Shown here piece after piece: positions 26,858-41,000 of a stretch of 64,000 nt of DNA. The notes under the pieces were generated by a model. The model was not told the origin of the DNA. It saw only the letters and a list, made by a program, of their open reading frames with translations, and made no database searches. Each line of letters begins with the position of its first letter. The stretch's first letter is position 1. The position numbers and the translations under genes were made by a program. The stretch lies in assembly GCA_030141605.1 (NCBI GenBank), contig JAQGDQ010000726.1:1-64000 (forward strand), given 5' to 3'. The DNA comes from Tubiluchus corallicola (Eukaryota; Animalia; Priapulida).

Positions 26858-27590
26858 ATGATCCATTTCATGAAGAAGGACAAAGAACCTCAAACACTCC
26901 AATCCAAACGTCAAGGCCAGACATGAGCGTGTACATTAGTTGTTTATTCTGCTAAAATATATAAATGTAAATAAACAAATTGTTGCAAATTTTGTGAAAA
27001 TAATGACTTTAAATTAGTACATTTGCAAAGACTTTAATATAAAATTCCAGCTTAATTTTAGTTAGTACAATTATTAATGCTGTGATTACTTAAATGAATT
27101 AACTGCCTAATTCACGTTCACACTGCGCATTAATGAAAAATGTTTATAAATAAGTTAATAAACCCTGTTCAATATGAGTACCACACAAATAAATTACATA
27201 AACTTACATTACACAGTAATAAGCTGTCATTATAATGCAACACATTTCATATATACAGTTAATTCCTGTACCTAATCTAAACTGCAAAAGTTATTTAATT
27301 ACGTAAAAGTAAATCACATCCTTGCCTAAACATTAGAGCACCATTAGAGAACTGTAACAGCAAATTGACAATAAACACAAATTGCAACTGAAAAATGCAG
27401 GAAATAATTTAATTAACTCAATAAGACTCAATAAGTTCTACCAATTACATGTGACCAGCCCCAACATATCATTGCAAAGTGTCTGCAGCATTTCACAAAA
27501 CCAGGTGCCTAAAATCACTAAAAATGAAATCACCTGACAGGTAAGTTAAGGCAACTGCCTGTTGGCTTGAGAGGGCAGCACTGTCCAACA
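26858..27590. repeat. Direct repeat, left copy, flanking the BEL/Pao relic
   Basis: Matches 29806-30455 from ctcaaacactccaatccaaac to gagggcagcactgtcc. Confidence 0.9.
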
Positions 27591-27934
27591 CATTACCCCT
27601 CCCCCCCCAAAAAAAATACTCCTAACAAAAGCAGTTTATCTTAAAACTTATCCAATTTTTCCAATAAACATATGTTTTTGTATTGGCCTCTTAACAACAG
27701 CATTTGAAGTTTCAAACTGTACTGACCAAACTAAACCATCAAGCCCGTGTAAAAACCTCACAAACCCTTCCTAAACACCGCTGATTCCATAGCAGATTGC
27801 TATCAACTGCCAAAGCCAAGTCACCAACTTCCAGGTTATCTGATACCTTTTTATATTTCGGATGCTTCTGAAGCAGCGGCAAATACGCCAACAGCCAACG
27901 CTCCCAAAACAGATCAGATAACTTATCAGATTAG

Positions 27935-29120
27935 AAACTGGACTTGTCTCCATCGTGTCCTATACAGATCATGTCCATCAAATAATCCAGGTGGAAGTGT
28001 AGCTCCAGATCTCAGCAACAATAAATGGTTTGGCTAAAGAGGTTCCATGTCTTTGGGATCATCTGATACCACAGTGATAAGACGCCCGTTGATGAAAGCT
28101 TCAACATTGCACATCAGTGTGGCCAAACCTTCATCATCCAAGCTTTGTTCCATAGCCACAGAAGATAACATTCTCCTGAAAAAAAACAGTCATTCTCTTC
28201 CACACCCCACCATGATTTGATGAGGCAGGAGTATTAAATAGCCATTGCACATTTTTCTGGCACAGCACATCCTCAATTCTGCTTTGATTCCATCCTTACA
28301 TAGCTGTCCTCAATTCCTTGTTTGAACCAGCATAATTGGTCCCGTTATTAGACCTGATCATTTCAGGTATGCCACGTCTACTTATAAACCTGAATAAAGC
28401 ATTTATGAAACTGCCCGCGTCTAATTAGTGAAGGACTTCGATGTGGACGGCTCTAGTCAGCAAACAAAAAAGACGCATCCATGCCTCGTCACCAATGGCC
28501 GACTTCTCTTAGCCATAGAGAGTCCAAGGCAATCAACTTCGACTTTCATGAATGGAGCTGGTGCAGGAGTAACCCTATCTGTAGCAAGTCAGCCATCTTT
28601 TGAGTTAAAGGAGCAGCATCACGAATTCTCCACTTTATGCATCTAGACAACACTCCTCGTATTGCAGGTCTGGCATTCACAATGCTAAGTCACTCTCGAA
28701 TCCTAGAAAGTACATACTGTCTACCGAGTGTCATGTTCTTTCATGATAATGCTGAATGATAAGTGACACAACATGATACTTCTTAGGCAGTATCATTGGA
28801 TGCTTAGCATCATCAGACAATTGTGAATATTTCAGAAGACCACCTACACAAATCGCTGCATTCAAAACAATTGGATCCAGTTTATACACCACACACATCT
28901 CGAAAGCTTTGACCTTCTTTTGTCCACATCAGACTCTGAGTCAAGACCAGCCTTGTCTTCCAAAAAATGCTTCAACTGAACGTACTTCACAATACTAACT
29001 TCAGCTTGCCTCATTTCACTCACTGTCAAGCGTCCTGATGGTACTGCCAGATCAGATGTCCTCAGTTTGCTGAGCAAAATTTCTTTCAATCAGGATATCC
29101 ATGCCACACTCTTCATCAAG
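27935..29120 (-). mobile_element. Degenerate BEL/Pao LTR retrotransposon pol (integrase) fragment
   Basis: [81 protein letters not shown]; interrupted by stops and frameshifts. Confidence 0.93.
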
Positions 29121-29805
29121 CAACTGATCTGCTTTTCTTCAACCAAGATAAATTAATGATCTTCAAACCTGAAACGAGGTAAATATGTTATAAAGCGGAT
29201 GTGTGTTAGGGAGGTATGAAAATAATCTACAGTAAACAAACTGAGTCTTTTTTACACACAGAGCCCCAGGCAAAATCATGTAGATGTACAGTTATGACTT
29301 GGCCAATATTTCAGTAACAGCAACGTACTTTGGTCTGTAGCTTACATGCATTTAAGCATTAATTTAACTACATTATAATTTAAATTAAATTAATTTAATT
29401 TTGTCCAAAACCAGTTTGTCAGAAAACAGTACAAGAACTTCCTTCTGGTTTAGTGCAAGTTATGTCAAAGGCCTTTAAAAATAAATTTACCCAAATACTG
29501 TATGAAGCCAAATCACAGATAATAAGCTAATACCATAGTCCAAAATTAGAAGCAAAAAACAGGTTACGGCCTTTACAAATTTTATAAATACCGCCACTAT
29601 AGATGCATTAGTCATTACAACCACAACTAACAAATTACAATACAAAATAAGAATACAATGACAATATATACATAGCTGCTCATGTAGTTTTTGCACGACA
29701 GGGCTACATGCTACACGAAGTATTCAGGCTACATGCAAGAGTCCATTGACAGCAAACAGGGCTAGTTGATCCAGAAGCTTGCGTACGGTAATAAACAATG
29801 AATGT

Positions 29806-30455
29806 ATGACCCATTTCATCAAGAATGACCAAGAATGCTCAAACACTCCAATCCAAACATCAAGTGCAGATATAAGCTTGTGTACATTAGTTGTTTATTC
29901 TGTTAAAAATATATAAATGTGAATAAATAAATTGTTGCATATTTTCTGAAAAAAATGACTTTAAATTAGCACATTTGCAAAGACTTTAATATAAAATCAA
30001 AGTTTAATTTCAGTTAATACAATTATTAATGTTGTGATTACTTAAGTAAATTAACTGATTAATTCACGTTCACACTGCAGAATAATAAAAAATGTTTATA
30101 AATAAGTTAATAAACTGCTTCAATATGAGTACCACACAAATAAATCACATAAAGTAACATTACACAGTAATAAGCTGCCATTGCAATGCAACACATTTCA
30201 CATATACAGTTAATTCCAGTTGCTAATCAAAACTGCAAAAATTATTTAATTAAATAAAAGTAACTCACATCCTTGCCCAAACATTAGAGCACCATTAGAG
30301 AACTGTAACAGCAAATCGATATTAAACACCAATTTCAACAGCAGACTGCAGGAAACAATTTAATTAACTCACCAAGACACAAGTTTTAGAAATTACATGT
30401 GACCAACCCCAATATATCAAGTTGGGGTAACTGCCTCAGAGGGCAGCACTGTCCG
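29806..30455. repeat. Direct repeat, right copy, flanking the BEL/Pao relic
   Basis: Colinear with 26858-27590 with scattered substitutions. Confidence 0.9.
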
Positions 30456-30585
30456 GCACAACATCCATACACACATTAAGAACCTAATGGCTATGATTAA
30501 TCAAAGGAGACACTGAGTCAAGTAGAGTCAATTTGAACCCAGATTCAATGTTTTCAACCACTACATATAATAATAATAAAATTGC

Positions 30586-30625
<40 letters not shown>

Positions 30626-30652
30626 TAATAATAATAATAATTTAATTAATAA

Positions 30653-30706
<54 letters not shown>

Positions 30707-30740
30707 CAATAACAGTAACAACAACAATAACAATAATAAT
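30586..30740. repeat. Head-to-head (ATT)n/(AAT)n microsatellite
   Basis: About 13 ATT units followed directly by the complementary AAT run. Confidence 0.9.
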
Positions 30741-31507
30741 ATAAGCATTTTCGTGCATAATAATTTAAATACAATATTGTAACAAAAACATATATAAAAA
30801 GTTACAGCAATAGATACGCATAAATAATTTCATATTTCTAGTCTCTTGACTGCTGATATACAATAGCATAAAATTGCTAGTAAACTATACAAGATTAAAT
30901 ACTTTACACGATGATATGTTAGCAAGTAAAAAAACCGTTTCTGAAACTTCATTTTCAGAAAATTTTATACTCAGTTTAAAATAATCCAACTCAATTGGTA
31001 CAGTCACTCACAGTATAGTTAAGGGAGACATGTTTTATTAAAAACTTTAAAAATATAAAATGCTAAAAACATGTCACAAACGTTGTGTTGTAAAGAGCAT
31101 CTTTAATGTCGTCAACAAACTGAAATACATACAATGCAAACTGAGGACAGCTAAAGATACTTACAAACATTAAGCTATCACAATACAAAGATTTATAAGC
31201 GAAAAGATATTTATTAATATTTAACTGAACGTGACAAAGCTGGTCTGAAGTCGAGTTCATACCAGTAGTACACAACAACATAATTAGTCAGAGCCACCTA
31301 TGTGATATTACCACCTTTGAATACGCACACATGCTTGCAAACGCATAGGCCCTGGTGAACACACTATCAGAAACAATTCGCATTTATACAGGTACGTTCA
31401 TACACTCTCACACCTTCCAAACACCAATCAATTGGTAGAGGTAACAGGTAGAGGAAATGGTTAAAACTGATGAAACAGAAAATAATAACAAAACTGGAAT
31501 AAATGAT

Positions 31508-31700
31508 TTAGATCACTTACCTTCTCACAAAGTCAGATGCCAAAACTAGAATGACTAATTTCCTGGAAGCACTCTCTACAGAGAATGCAGTAATAACACA
31601 GTTAGATCACTTACCTTCTCACAAAGTCAGATGACAAAACTAGAATGATTAATTTCTTGGGAGCACTTTCTACAGAGAATGCAGTAATAACACAACTAGA
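31508..31700 (-). other. 94-bp tandem duplication containing twin candidate 25-nt microexons (31639-31615 and 31545-31521)
   Basis: Each copy reads ttctag|TTTTG(T/G)CATCTGACTTTGTGAGAAG|gtaagt on the minus strand. Confidence 0.55.
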
Positions 31701-31724
31701 TGTTAGTCTAGTCAATAGTATTAT

Positions 31725-31810
31725 TTGTCTAGACTTTCCTTCTATTGACTTGGCATTGTGACTAGACTATTGCTAACAATGCTAAGTCAATAGAAGGAAA
31801 GTCTAGACAA
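31725..31810. repeat. Inverted repeat: 35-bp arms with one mismatch and a 16-nt loop
   Basis: ttgtctagactttccttctattgacttggcattgt pairs with acaatgctaagtcaatagaaggaaagtctagacaa. Confidence 0.92.
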
Positions 31811-32060
31811 TTTTCAAATCTTTTAACAACCTTCTTGAAGTTAAGTGCGGACATTCGTTAATGGTCAAATACATGTAGTTATAAAATGCCGCATTTAACT
31901 AAAAATAATAGAAAAAAAATTAGTTTAAATTATTATCAAATTCATCTTCATCTATAATGTAAAAGTTTATTAATTTACTTTCTTATTTAAAGGCAGAGTT
32001 TAAAATATTGTAAATACATTGTAAGATTCACGTAGGACCAGTATGTAATCTAAGCATTAC

Positions 32061-35000
32061 CTGAGCAAATAGTTCTTGTAGTATTTGATTCAGTCACATG
32101 AACTGCTTCTCCAATGCACTGACAAGTAAAACTTCCATCAGTATTTGTGCATCTGGCAATCATTAGATCACAGTCATGAGTTGGGTTACTAGCATCACAT
32201 TCATTCACATCTGTAAAATGTAATTTTTTAAGTTTTGAAAATTGCAAACGGCAGTTCAGCTATTTTAAAATCTGTTTTCACACATAACTTACTATTTAAA
32301 TACTGTAACTGTTTAGCTGTATTTTTAGCTATTAGTTCCTTAGGCATTTGTTCCACTCACATCTACAGTCCCATCAATACACTGACAAGTGAAATTTCCA
32401 TCAATATATATTTTGTACAGTTAGCAAAAATGGAATGACAGTTGTGTGCAGAATTTGCACTATTTGAGAAAAAATAAAATTTTAGAATTACGTAATAATT
32501 ATTCTGTTTTGAATGTAAGGATGTGTGTGGTGTACTATTTTCCTAGTGTCAATCAAAATGCTTGCCTTACAACTTCAATATTCACTAACTACAAAATTTT
32601 TGCCTAAAATTTCTTATTTGAGTAATTCTAAGTAAATTCCTACTTATTTCTGTAATGCAAAAAAACAACAAAATATAATTGTGAAACTGTCATTTTAAAA
32701 TTAAAACTTAATTTTAATATACATATTATAATGGATAGTGTACACATTAAAATGGTATTGTGTTGCTCTGGACAACCAATTCGTGTCCGAATTAGCGAGA
32801 TTTTGCAGGTATTTGTATCTGATATTATCCAGTAGTTACAAAAATGTGATACTTGCAAATAGTTACTATCCGATTTTGTGCAATTGGAAGCGTTTTCGAA
32901 TAATTTAGCAGCCAAAAATAAATCAATAAAATATTTCCGAAAAGATCGTTTTGGCCTACGTTTGCGTTTTCAAGATGAAAATTTTACACACAACTCTTCA
33001 TTTGTGTTTAATAATACCTTGTATCTTTGGGCTAGGTCCTTTAAGATGATAGACTAAATGAAAACGCTACAGTTTGCAAACATTTACTAAATTTTCATTA
33101 ACCAAACTGATATGCATATTTGATCCGAATTTAGCTTATAATTCAAATCCGGAAGTCAATTTGAGGAAATATTCGCTATCAGGTAGTAGTGTACCCAGAA
33201 AAACGACAGTAGTAATGTTCATACATTGTTATTTAATATGTACATGCAAAATAATTGTAGATACCGCAATGTCGTAAAATTATTTTCTGCTCAAAACAAC
33301 GACACCTGAAAGGTGAACAAACTTATCAATTTTAAGAAGCCAAAGCCCCGCAAAAAAATTTGTATATAAATACACATCGATCATGAATAATGCGCGAACA
33401 TCCTACATTGTGTTCGTTTATTTACCTAACGCAAAGCCGGCTGTAGCTTTTACTAAATGAAAGTGCCAAAGTTATAGGCAGAGTACAATGGAATGACATC
33501 AGAACAATACAAAACGTCAGCAGTTTTCTAAGCGAGATCGCCAAAAATGAAATCTCCAATCAACTCGCCGCAGCTCCTCTTGGAGGAGGTGTTCTGAGTT
33601 GTGACTCACATCATTGCCTAGTTCCATTCATTATCTTCTCAAAGAGCTTCATAACGTTTTTTCTACAGGCTGTTCGGTAAAAATTTCGAAGAAATGCAGA
33701 GTCAGGTACGCCTGTTGTAGAAAACCGTGACCCTTCCATGAATTCTAAACATCCCTACTACACCCACCATTGTACTGGCTGTCCTACCATTATAAGCACC
33801 ACATGCGCCCCATTCCCGTCTATAGAAATGAAAGGTATAAGCTTTGCAAAAATGCAAAAACCTTTCAAAAATAGTGTCGTCGTCAGAGCTGTACAATCGA
33901 ATCTTATATATATATATAAGTTGCTCTGACGGCAACACCATTTTTGACGACACCATATATATATTTATATATATATATGTCTACATCTGCACATATTTCA
34001 ATAATAAACTTCTTTAAACTTCTCTTATACACACGTTACATCATCCAACTATGTAGGTACCAGAATTGTATACATGTTTTAAATGATACAGCCAACTTAA
34101 AGCGTTTAATTTTTACCTGAACAACTGGTTCCTTGGCCTTTTGCTCCACTCACATCAATGGTTCCTTCAATACATTGACATGTGAAGCTTCCATCAGTAT
34201 TTGAGCAGTTTGCCAGGAATGGATCACAGTTGTGGGTTCCAGTAGCACATTCATCTGTATCTGAATTTATTAAATTAGTGTTAATTTTAGCATAGTCCAT
34301 GTAAGTCTTTACCAAGATTTCATGATAAATCCGTATCTAATAGGTCATCATTAGTTTTAGCACGGTTCATATAAGCCTTCCAAGATTTCATGATTTTGAC
34401 ATAGTACTACAAACAATACTGGTCCACTACTTTTACAATTTACAAGAACCCCAGCTTCCATCCATTAAAATTTGATGAAAAACTCGAGCACTGTTGCACT
34501 GTAGCTACTGTGATTAAGTAGTTTTTCCAAATAATACCATTTAAATGTCTACAAAATGGCACTTTGCTGCAAATACCTAATGTTCACCATGCAATGAAGT
34601 TTCATACATTAGTTGTATAAATACTATAATGTTAATGTAGGACACTGAGCGATGAAATGCCTGTTACATTACTCAACTAGAAATCACAGCTAATTCAATT
34701 AACACTTGTAAATTAATGAAAGTAGTCAACATACTAAATTTCAATTATGGTTGATTGGGGGGGGGGTACTGTGCGAGTTTGTCAATATTTCGCCGTTAAT
34801 AATTACACTACATCAACTATGTGACAAAAACAAAATTATGTTTTTGATGATTTATCTATCTGGTTAATTGGGCTTTGTAATACCTAATACTGATTTTAAT
34901 ATGTCGGATATCTGCCTTTAAGTTTCCATACGTTAATACCAGTGGAAATATCACTTAACTGAGGATTTGAACAAACAAAACCTAAAGTCTGCAGCATCAG

Positions 35001-38000
35001 CTAGAGTGCCAATATCAATAGGAAAAATTCCTTGGGCCTAAATAATATTCAAAATAAAAGACAATAAATATTGTTTGACTTAAAATTGAAAATAAAGGGC
35101 AGACAACTTTTTAATAAATATGCTGTGTGGTGCAACTTGAACAGTTGATTAAAATTATTCATTCCCACTTTCACATTCGTATTTGTATCTATATTATATC
35201 AGTTTCCATATCCATGACGATATTCACATTCTTATTCTTAATTCATGCATGTAATTCACATTTGGTCACCTGTCTCAGGAGTTATTATAGAAAGTACTTA
35301 TCAACTGTTCACTTACATTTTGAATTACAAATTATACCAAAGCCAAAGTATGTCAACTGTATTTCATGATTATTTTATTTAGCCCTATAGATAAGCTTTC
35401 TAATTGTTGCAGAAATATTAAAGTTTTGTTTAAGTGATTAAGTTTTGCTTAATCATATTCTTTGATAAAATCGCATTTATTTTAGTGATCACTGCAGCAG
35501 TTGAATATTGCATGCTTACCTACTGGAAATAATTGTTATTATGAATGTGCTACATACCAGAGTCAGATGCGTTAGAAATTTCACATACTGATGGGAACAC
35601 GTAGTCGCAAGGCAATTGACAGTGTTTATAGGGTTTTGAATAAACAACGCAAAAGTCCATCTGAAAAAGATGAAGATGGAAGCAGTTTAATAATTATAGA
35701 AAGGATCAATATTAAAATTGTGGGGCAGACCAAGAAAGCAAAATGTTTTAATTTCAATTTGCTGAGTGATAATTAGCATTAATTAGAATATGATAATAGC
35801 GACAGAATAAAAATGATACAGTTAATGAATCTAATAACAATTTGGCAAGAACGAACAGAAAAAAGGCAAGAACCCAGTAACAAACAAATTTGCCTGTAAC
35901 GTTGATTTAGGCACAACTGATAATCCCTAAAGAATCACAAAAATTAATGAAATTGATACATGTGAATTACCCGAGAAACTTGTTGAAGTAGTTCACTTTT
36001 CCAAAGTGAATAACCCAGCCATTCAAATGTGTAATTGCCCTTTGAGGTCCAACCATTGAAAACTGAAGCTATCTGTCCATCTGGTGTCTCATAGTTTCCG
36101 ATTCCAATTTTGAGCCTTGGTGAAAGCCAGACATTACCATGATTCCTATAATGCACAAATGTTTAACAAATGGAAACTAAACTGTAATAAGCAATTTATT
36201 GCAACAAAAGTGAGCATTTTTCTCCAATGGACTATTTCATTGACAGCAAGCAACAAATAAACTGTTACCTATAGTGTATTACCTAAATATGCTACAAACT
36301 GAGGCTTAACTGCTGCTCTTAACAACAGAGGACTGTCAGTTGCTATTAGTGATTGAAGAGTACAGTAGCTGTTGCTAATTGTGAAACATTAAATGTTTCT
36401 ATTTAAGAAATGCCTCAAATGTGGCACCTTGTATGCCATTCACCAGTTAATGCTCCCTGCTGCCTCAATGATGATGACACTAGTTGTCAACAACTGCTTA
36501 TTCAGGATTATCAGCATCATCGTCAGTATCATCACCGCCACCATCATCATCATTAACATCAGAAATTGCTAACTTCGAAATCGCCATCATCTTGATTCCA
36601 AATTTGCAGCTTGCACAACAATGTAGGATGTATACTTACAGCCCCATGAAATTCTTATTGTCGTAGTCATAGTAATCACTGAGATTGAACATGCTTAGAA
36701 GGGCAATGGTATCCTGGGGTGATGTCGCTTCCAAGAGTCTCCGTGGAGATGAACACATTACAAGAGCATCTCTATAAGACATTGCCAGTCCCTCCCTCTC
36801 TAGGCATTTGGATCGGCCATTATGAAAAGCACTAGAACCACAGGCTTGTTTAACTGCAAGCATAAAATGAACAATAATGTTAATTTAACCAGAGTCACTC
36901 AGACCTAAGCCCAAATGCACGGACTTATTGGTCGCTCAGATGCAGTCAGTATGGTTGTGATCTTTGGCAGGATTTCTGGTTGTCCTCTTTCAGCAGATTT
37001 CATTGGTCGCAGCACAAGAACAAGAGAATATTGACAAACTTTAGTCAGAATTTACAATTATAAAAACTGCAAGGTAACTTAAAAATGATCTTTTTTAGCT
37101 TGCCTTTGTCAGTAGAAAGACATAAAACTGTACTTATAAGAGCAAGAGTACAACACTGCTTGTATGTCATGGAACATTGCCAGGAAGACTTAACCTGTCT
37201 GAAACAATGTCATCTAACATCCTACATCCTGTCTCAGCTGCCTGCGGCTACAGCATCTCACAAAGTGCATTGCATCTCACCTGTCTGAGGCAATGGCATC
37301 TCACAAACTGCGAATTCTATAGAGTCGTTAGTTTTTCTGCTCTGAAGGACAAATGCGTTTGACTCTTTGAGCACAATCACCCCAACTTTGTCATCAGCTT
37401 CTACAAAACACATTCAGAATATGATTCGTTTTAGTACAAGTGCACAAAAAATAAGCTAGGTGTTGATAAGTTATTCAAAAAATCTAAATAATTTCTAATT
37501 TTACTAGATAATCGTTGAATTTCGGGAAAAGAAACTTGACAGAAAAAGAAAATGTGAAAAGGCAAAATTGGAACAGTGGAGGTTCGGATTAAAAGTTCTA
37601 TGAAGGTTTTGTGAGGACTGCAGTCAAATTTATTGCTATGAATTAACTGAAATACGTGTTATGTGGTCAGAATTTTTATATACATTGCAAACTCTAGAGA
37701 CCAGAGATCTTATAAGAGTTAACAGAAAATCTGAGTTAAGCAGATTTGAGTTAAGCAAAGTGAAGTGACTGTGAAAAGGTACAGCTTGACAAATGCCGCA
37801 GACAAAGTGTATAAGAATGTATGCAACGTACATAAGTTTACACATTTTGTACGAATGCACAGCAAAACCTTATTCATAACGTTTTTCAACATACCTTCAA
37901 ATATTTCAACGTTACTGTAAATACCAGTCATGTTAAAATTTGGAGTAACTTCCATATCCTGTAGATGTATCCAGTTATTGGTATTCCCATATTGCATCAG

Positions 38001-41000
38001 CCCAACCCATGCTATCTGCTCTCCCCTTAATGATAAAGTAAATTAGTATTGTGTGAAAATTTAAACAGTATATCTTCTATATCCAAAATTCTGCAGTCTT
38101 TTTTTCGCCAAAATTTTAGTAAAATGATTTTAGTAAGTTTGTCAGCCTTAGCACATTTACTTGCATCTCAACAAATTATATATACTTACAATATATATCA
38201 AAAATAACATGGCGTGTTACAAATAGTTATTATATTCAAAACATAAATTAAGTGTGACACCCATTAATTCATAAGATACATACATTGTAATAGCTGATTC
38301 CACTGCTGCTCCAACAGCTGATACTTTCTGTTCTGAATCAACTTTAGCTAGAGAAGCAGTCAATCCATCAGCTTCCTGCCAACAAGTCCATTCAGCCAGT
38401 GCCAAGGAGTCAAAGTGATTTCTGGCCAAATTCAGGTCAAGTTGGATTACTTTAAGGCAAGATGAAAAATTGGCACTGGAATAATCGGTCCATCCTGAAG
38501 GACACTGATTGCCATCAACTAAATTAAACAAAACTGTTTTGTAATGTCCAGAAAAAATGCAGAAATGGTTCTCTCGTAAATGTCTCACAGTTCTATGTGT
38601 TAACCTTGTGTCTTCCAATGTCAACCTCTGGTGGACCCAGAAGCAAAATATACAGCTGCAAATGAATATTCAAAGAACATTTAAACCACTAAGTCGTGGA
38701 AGAGCTGTGTAGTCATGACGTGTGCTTAATCGTGAACGTGGCTCTGCTTGTTTTGTGTCTGATCTTAAATATTTGCTATTGGGGATTGTGATGTTGAGTG
38801 ATTGATATAGATCTTGCTGTCATAGATCTGGAACGTTAAAAAACTGGATAGCCATGAAGCAGTTCAACATTTATTGTGAATCACATTAAAATAGCTGTTC
38901 TATAATTACGAGTTGGTTTAATGTATTATCTCACCTCCTGTCAGTGCAGTTGCCACTGCTGCAGCATCATACTCGCAAATGACATTAATCTCTTCAGAAT
39001 CATCATGTTGACATCTGTTGGTTCTCCATCGGTAACCACTACTCAGTTCAGCAATTACACAAAATTTATCATTTGATGCTAAAAAAACAGAAGTGATTAA
39101 TAAAATTTTAATAGTTCTCGATATTATATTAGTAATTATTGTTGAAAGCTGGAGAATCATTGTGTGTAAGTAAGATGATAAAGTATTTTAGTCCGGTTTG
39201 TAAGTAAGCATTTACACAATTAAAATCTTGTTTAGCTCAAGCTGGAAATCTAGTATGGTTTGCCTTATTTATGCTATTTTTTATGTCAGTGATAGCAAGT
39301 ACAGAAATATGGTGATAAACTCAACAGCTAGTGATTTTGACATTTTGATTTTGAAAATTTATAAAGTTTTTGAAAGATTCTTATCCATACTGTTGTGTGT
39401 TAACATTTTATTTACACTGTGCATGTATAGCATAGTACATTTGTATACAAAAGTATTTCAGCTCATCGTTGCTTTTTGTAATAATGTTTAATTATTTATT
39501 TCACATATTACTATGAAATATCTAGACTCGTTATTATTTGACATCAATAAGATTCTCTTATAGTGTAAAAGAGTAAATAATGCGGAAACAGAGCCTGTCA
39601 AAATATGCTTCTAAATTCAGACTAATATTTCTGTATAGATGAGAAAAAATTGTTTTGAATTGATGTGTGAATTCGTTGGTTTTTAATTCGTGATAATCAG
39701 AGATCAACATACCAGGTTTCCAAACTGGCTGCCAATTATAGTACCAATGTTCAGGCCCTCCAAAATCTTCATAAAGACCGCCATCATCCCAGTAAAAGTT
39801 TTTGGTCACTTCATCGTACGTTATTCCCAGCCAATAGCCTGTGCCTTTTCTTGGAAATACAGCTCTGTAAATAAGGCAGTACATGAAACTTGTTCGATGG
39901 TGTTTTGAAGATAATCAAAGAAAAACTTCAATTGAACTTCTTGACAGACATGCGTAGTAATTGCATATGCGTGGACGTGTGGTGCATGTATGGTCCATGA
40001 GTAGCATTTTGTCATCTTGGTTAACATGATGCCTAGGTAGTCAGTATGCAGATGGAATGGATAAATCATTTTGGTTCTCCCTCTGTACGATTTCCTTTGC
40101 CATGTTTATTTGGGCTGTTTACCTTTGTGAAGGGAGGATTTACACCAATCCAAACTTATGGTACCACAACCGGGTTAGAGACTTGTGAGATACCAGATTG
40201 TATAAAAAATTACGTTTAAAAACTGAAACTGACATTAGTCAGTATTTAATTCGTTTCAAAGGAACCATTTACAGTCGTGTCATCGTTAAAACTTATTAAC
40301 AAAAAATCAGTGGTATGGGGTAGGCTTCAAGTCTAAAATTACGAAGAAAGTAAGAAACATTTGACACTCACCCATTGTCACGAGCAAAGTAGTCCCAAAC
40401 CTCTTCACTTTTAATTGTTGCTAAAGAGGCCCCATATTGCTTGCAGTTGTAATAAGCTTTTACTCGGTTATAATGATGAAGGACAAACTTATAACAATAG
40501 TTGTTTGTTCCGTTGGCTCCAAGAAACCCTTCAAATCCTTCAGGACATGTTGCCTTAGCTAAAAAAAGAGAACATATATGAGGCACTAAAATTGTAACTA
40601 ATTTATAAACTCAGAAGTTGCTAATAGGTTTAATTAACTTTAATTTGATTAATTAGTTTAATTAGTTTTCCAGTAATTTGATAAATTAACTCCTTATGAC
40701 TGACAAAGCACTTGCCATAACAAATGGTACTATACTTCCTGATGATGTTATGCAAGACAGTTTACTCTAGAATACCTCATGAAAATACACTATGAGGTAT
40801 CAAGCTGACCAACTTTAAAAGCCTGAAACTTGACACATGAGTATATTTTTAAGCCAGCTGCTGCTCGGAAGTTCGACAAAAGATTTTATTTTGTAATTGA
40901 TTATAGTTTGAAGAACGTAAAATATAAAATTAGCAAATAATAACATAAAGGCAAAGGCAACATAATTTTGTTTACTCTAAACATTAGCAATAGCTGCTAT

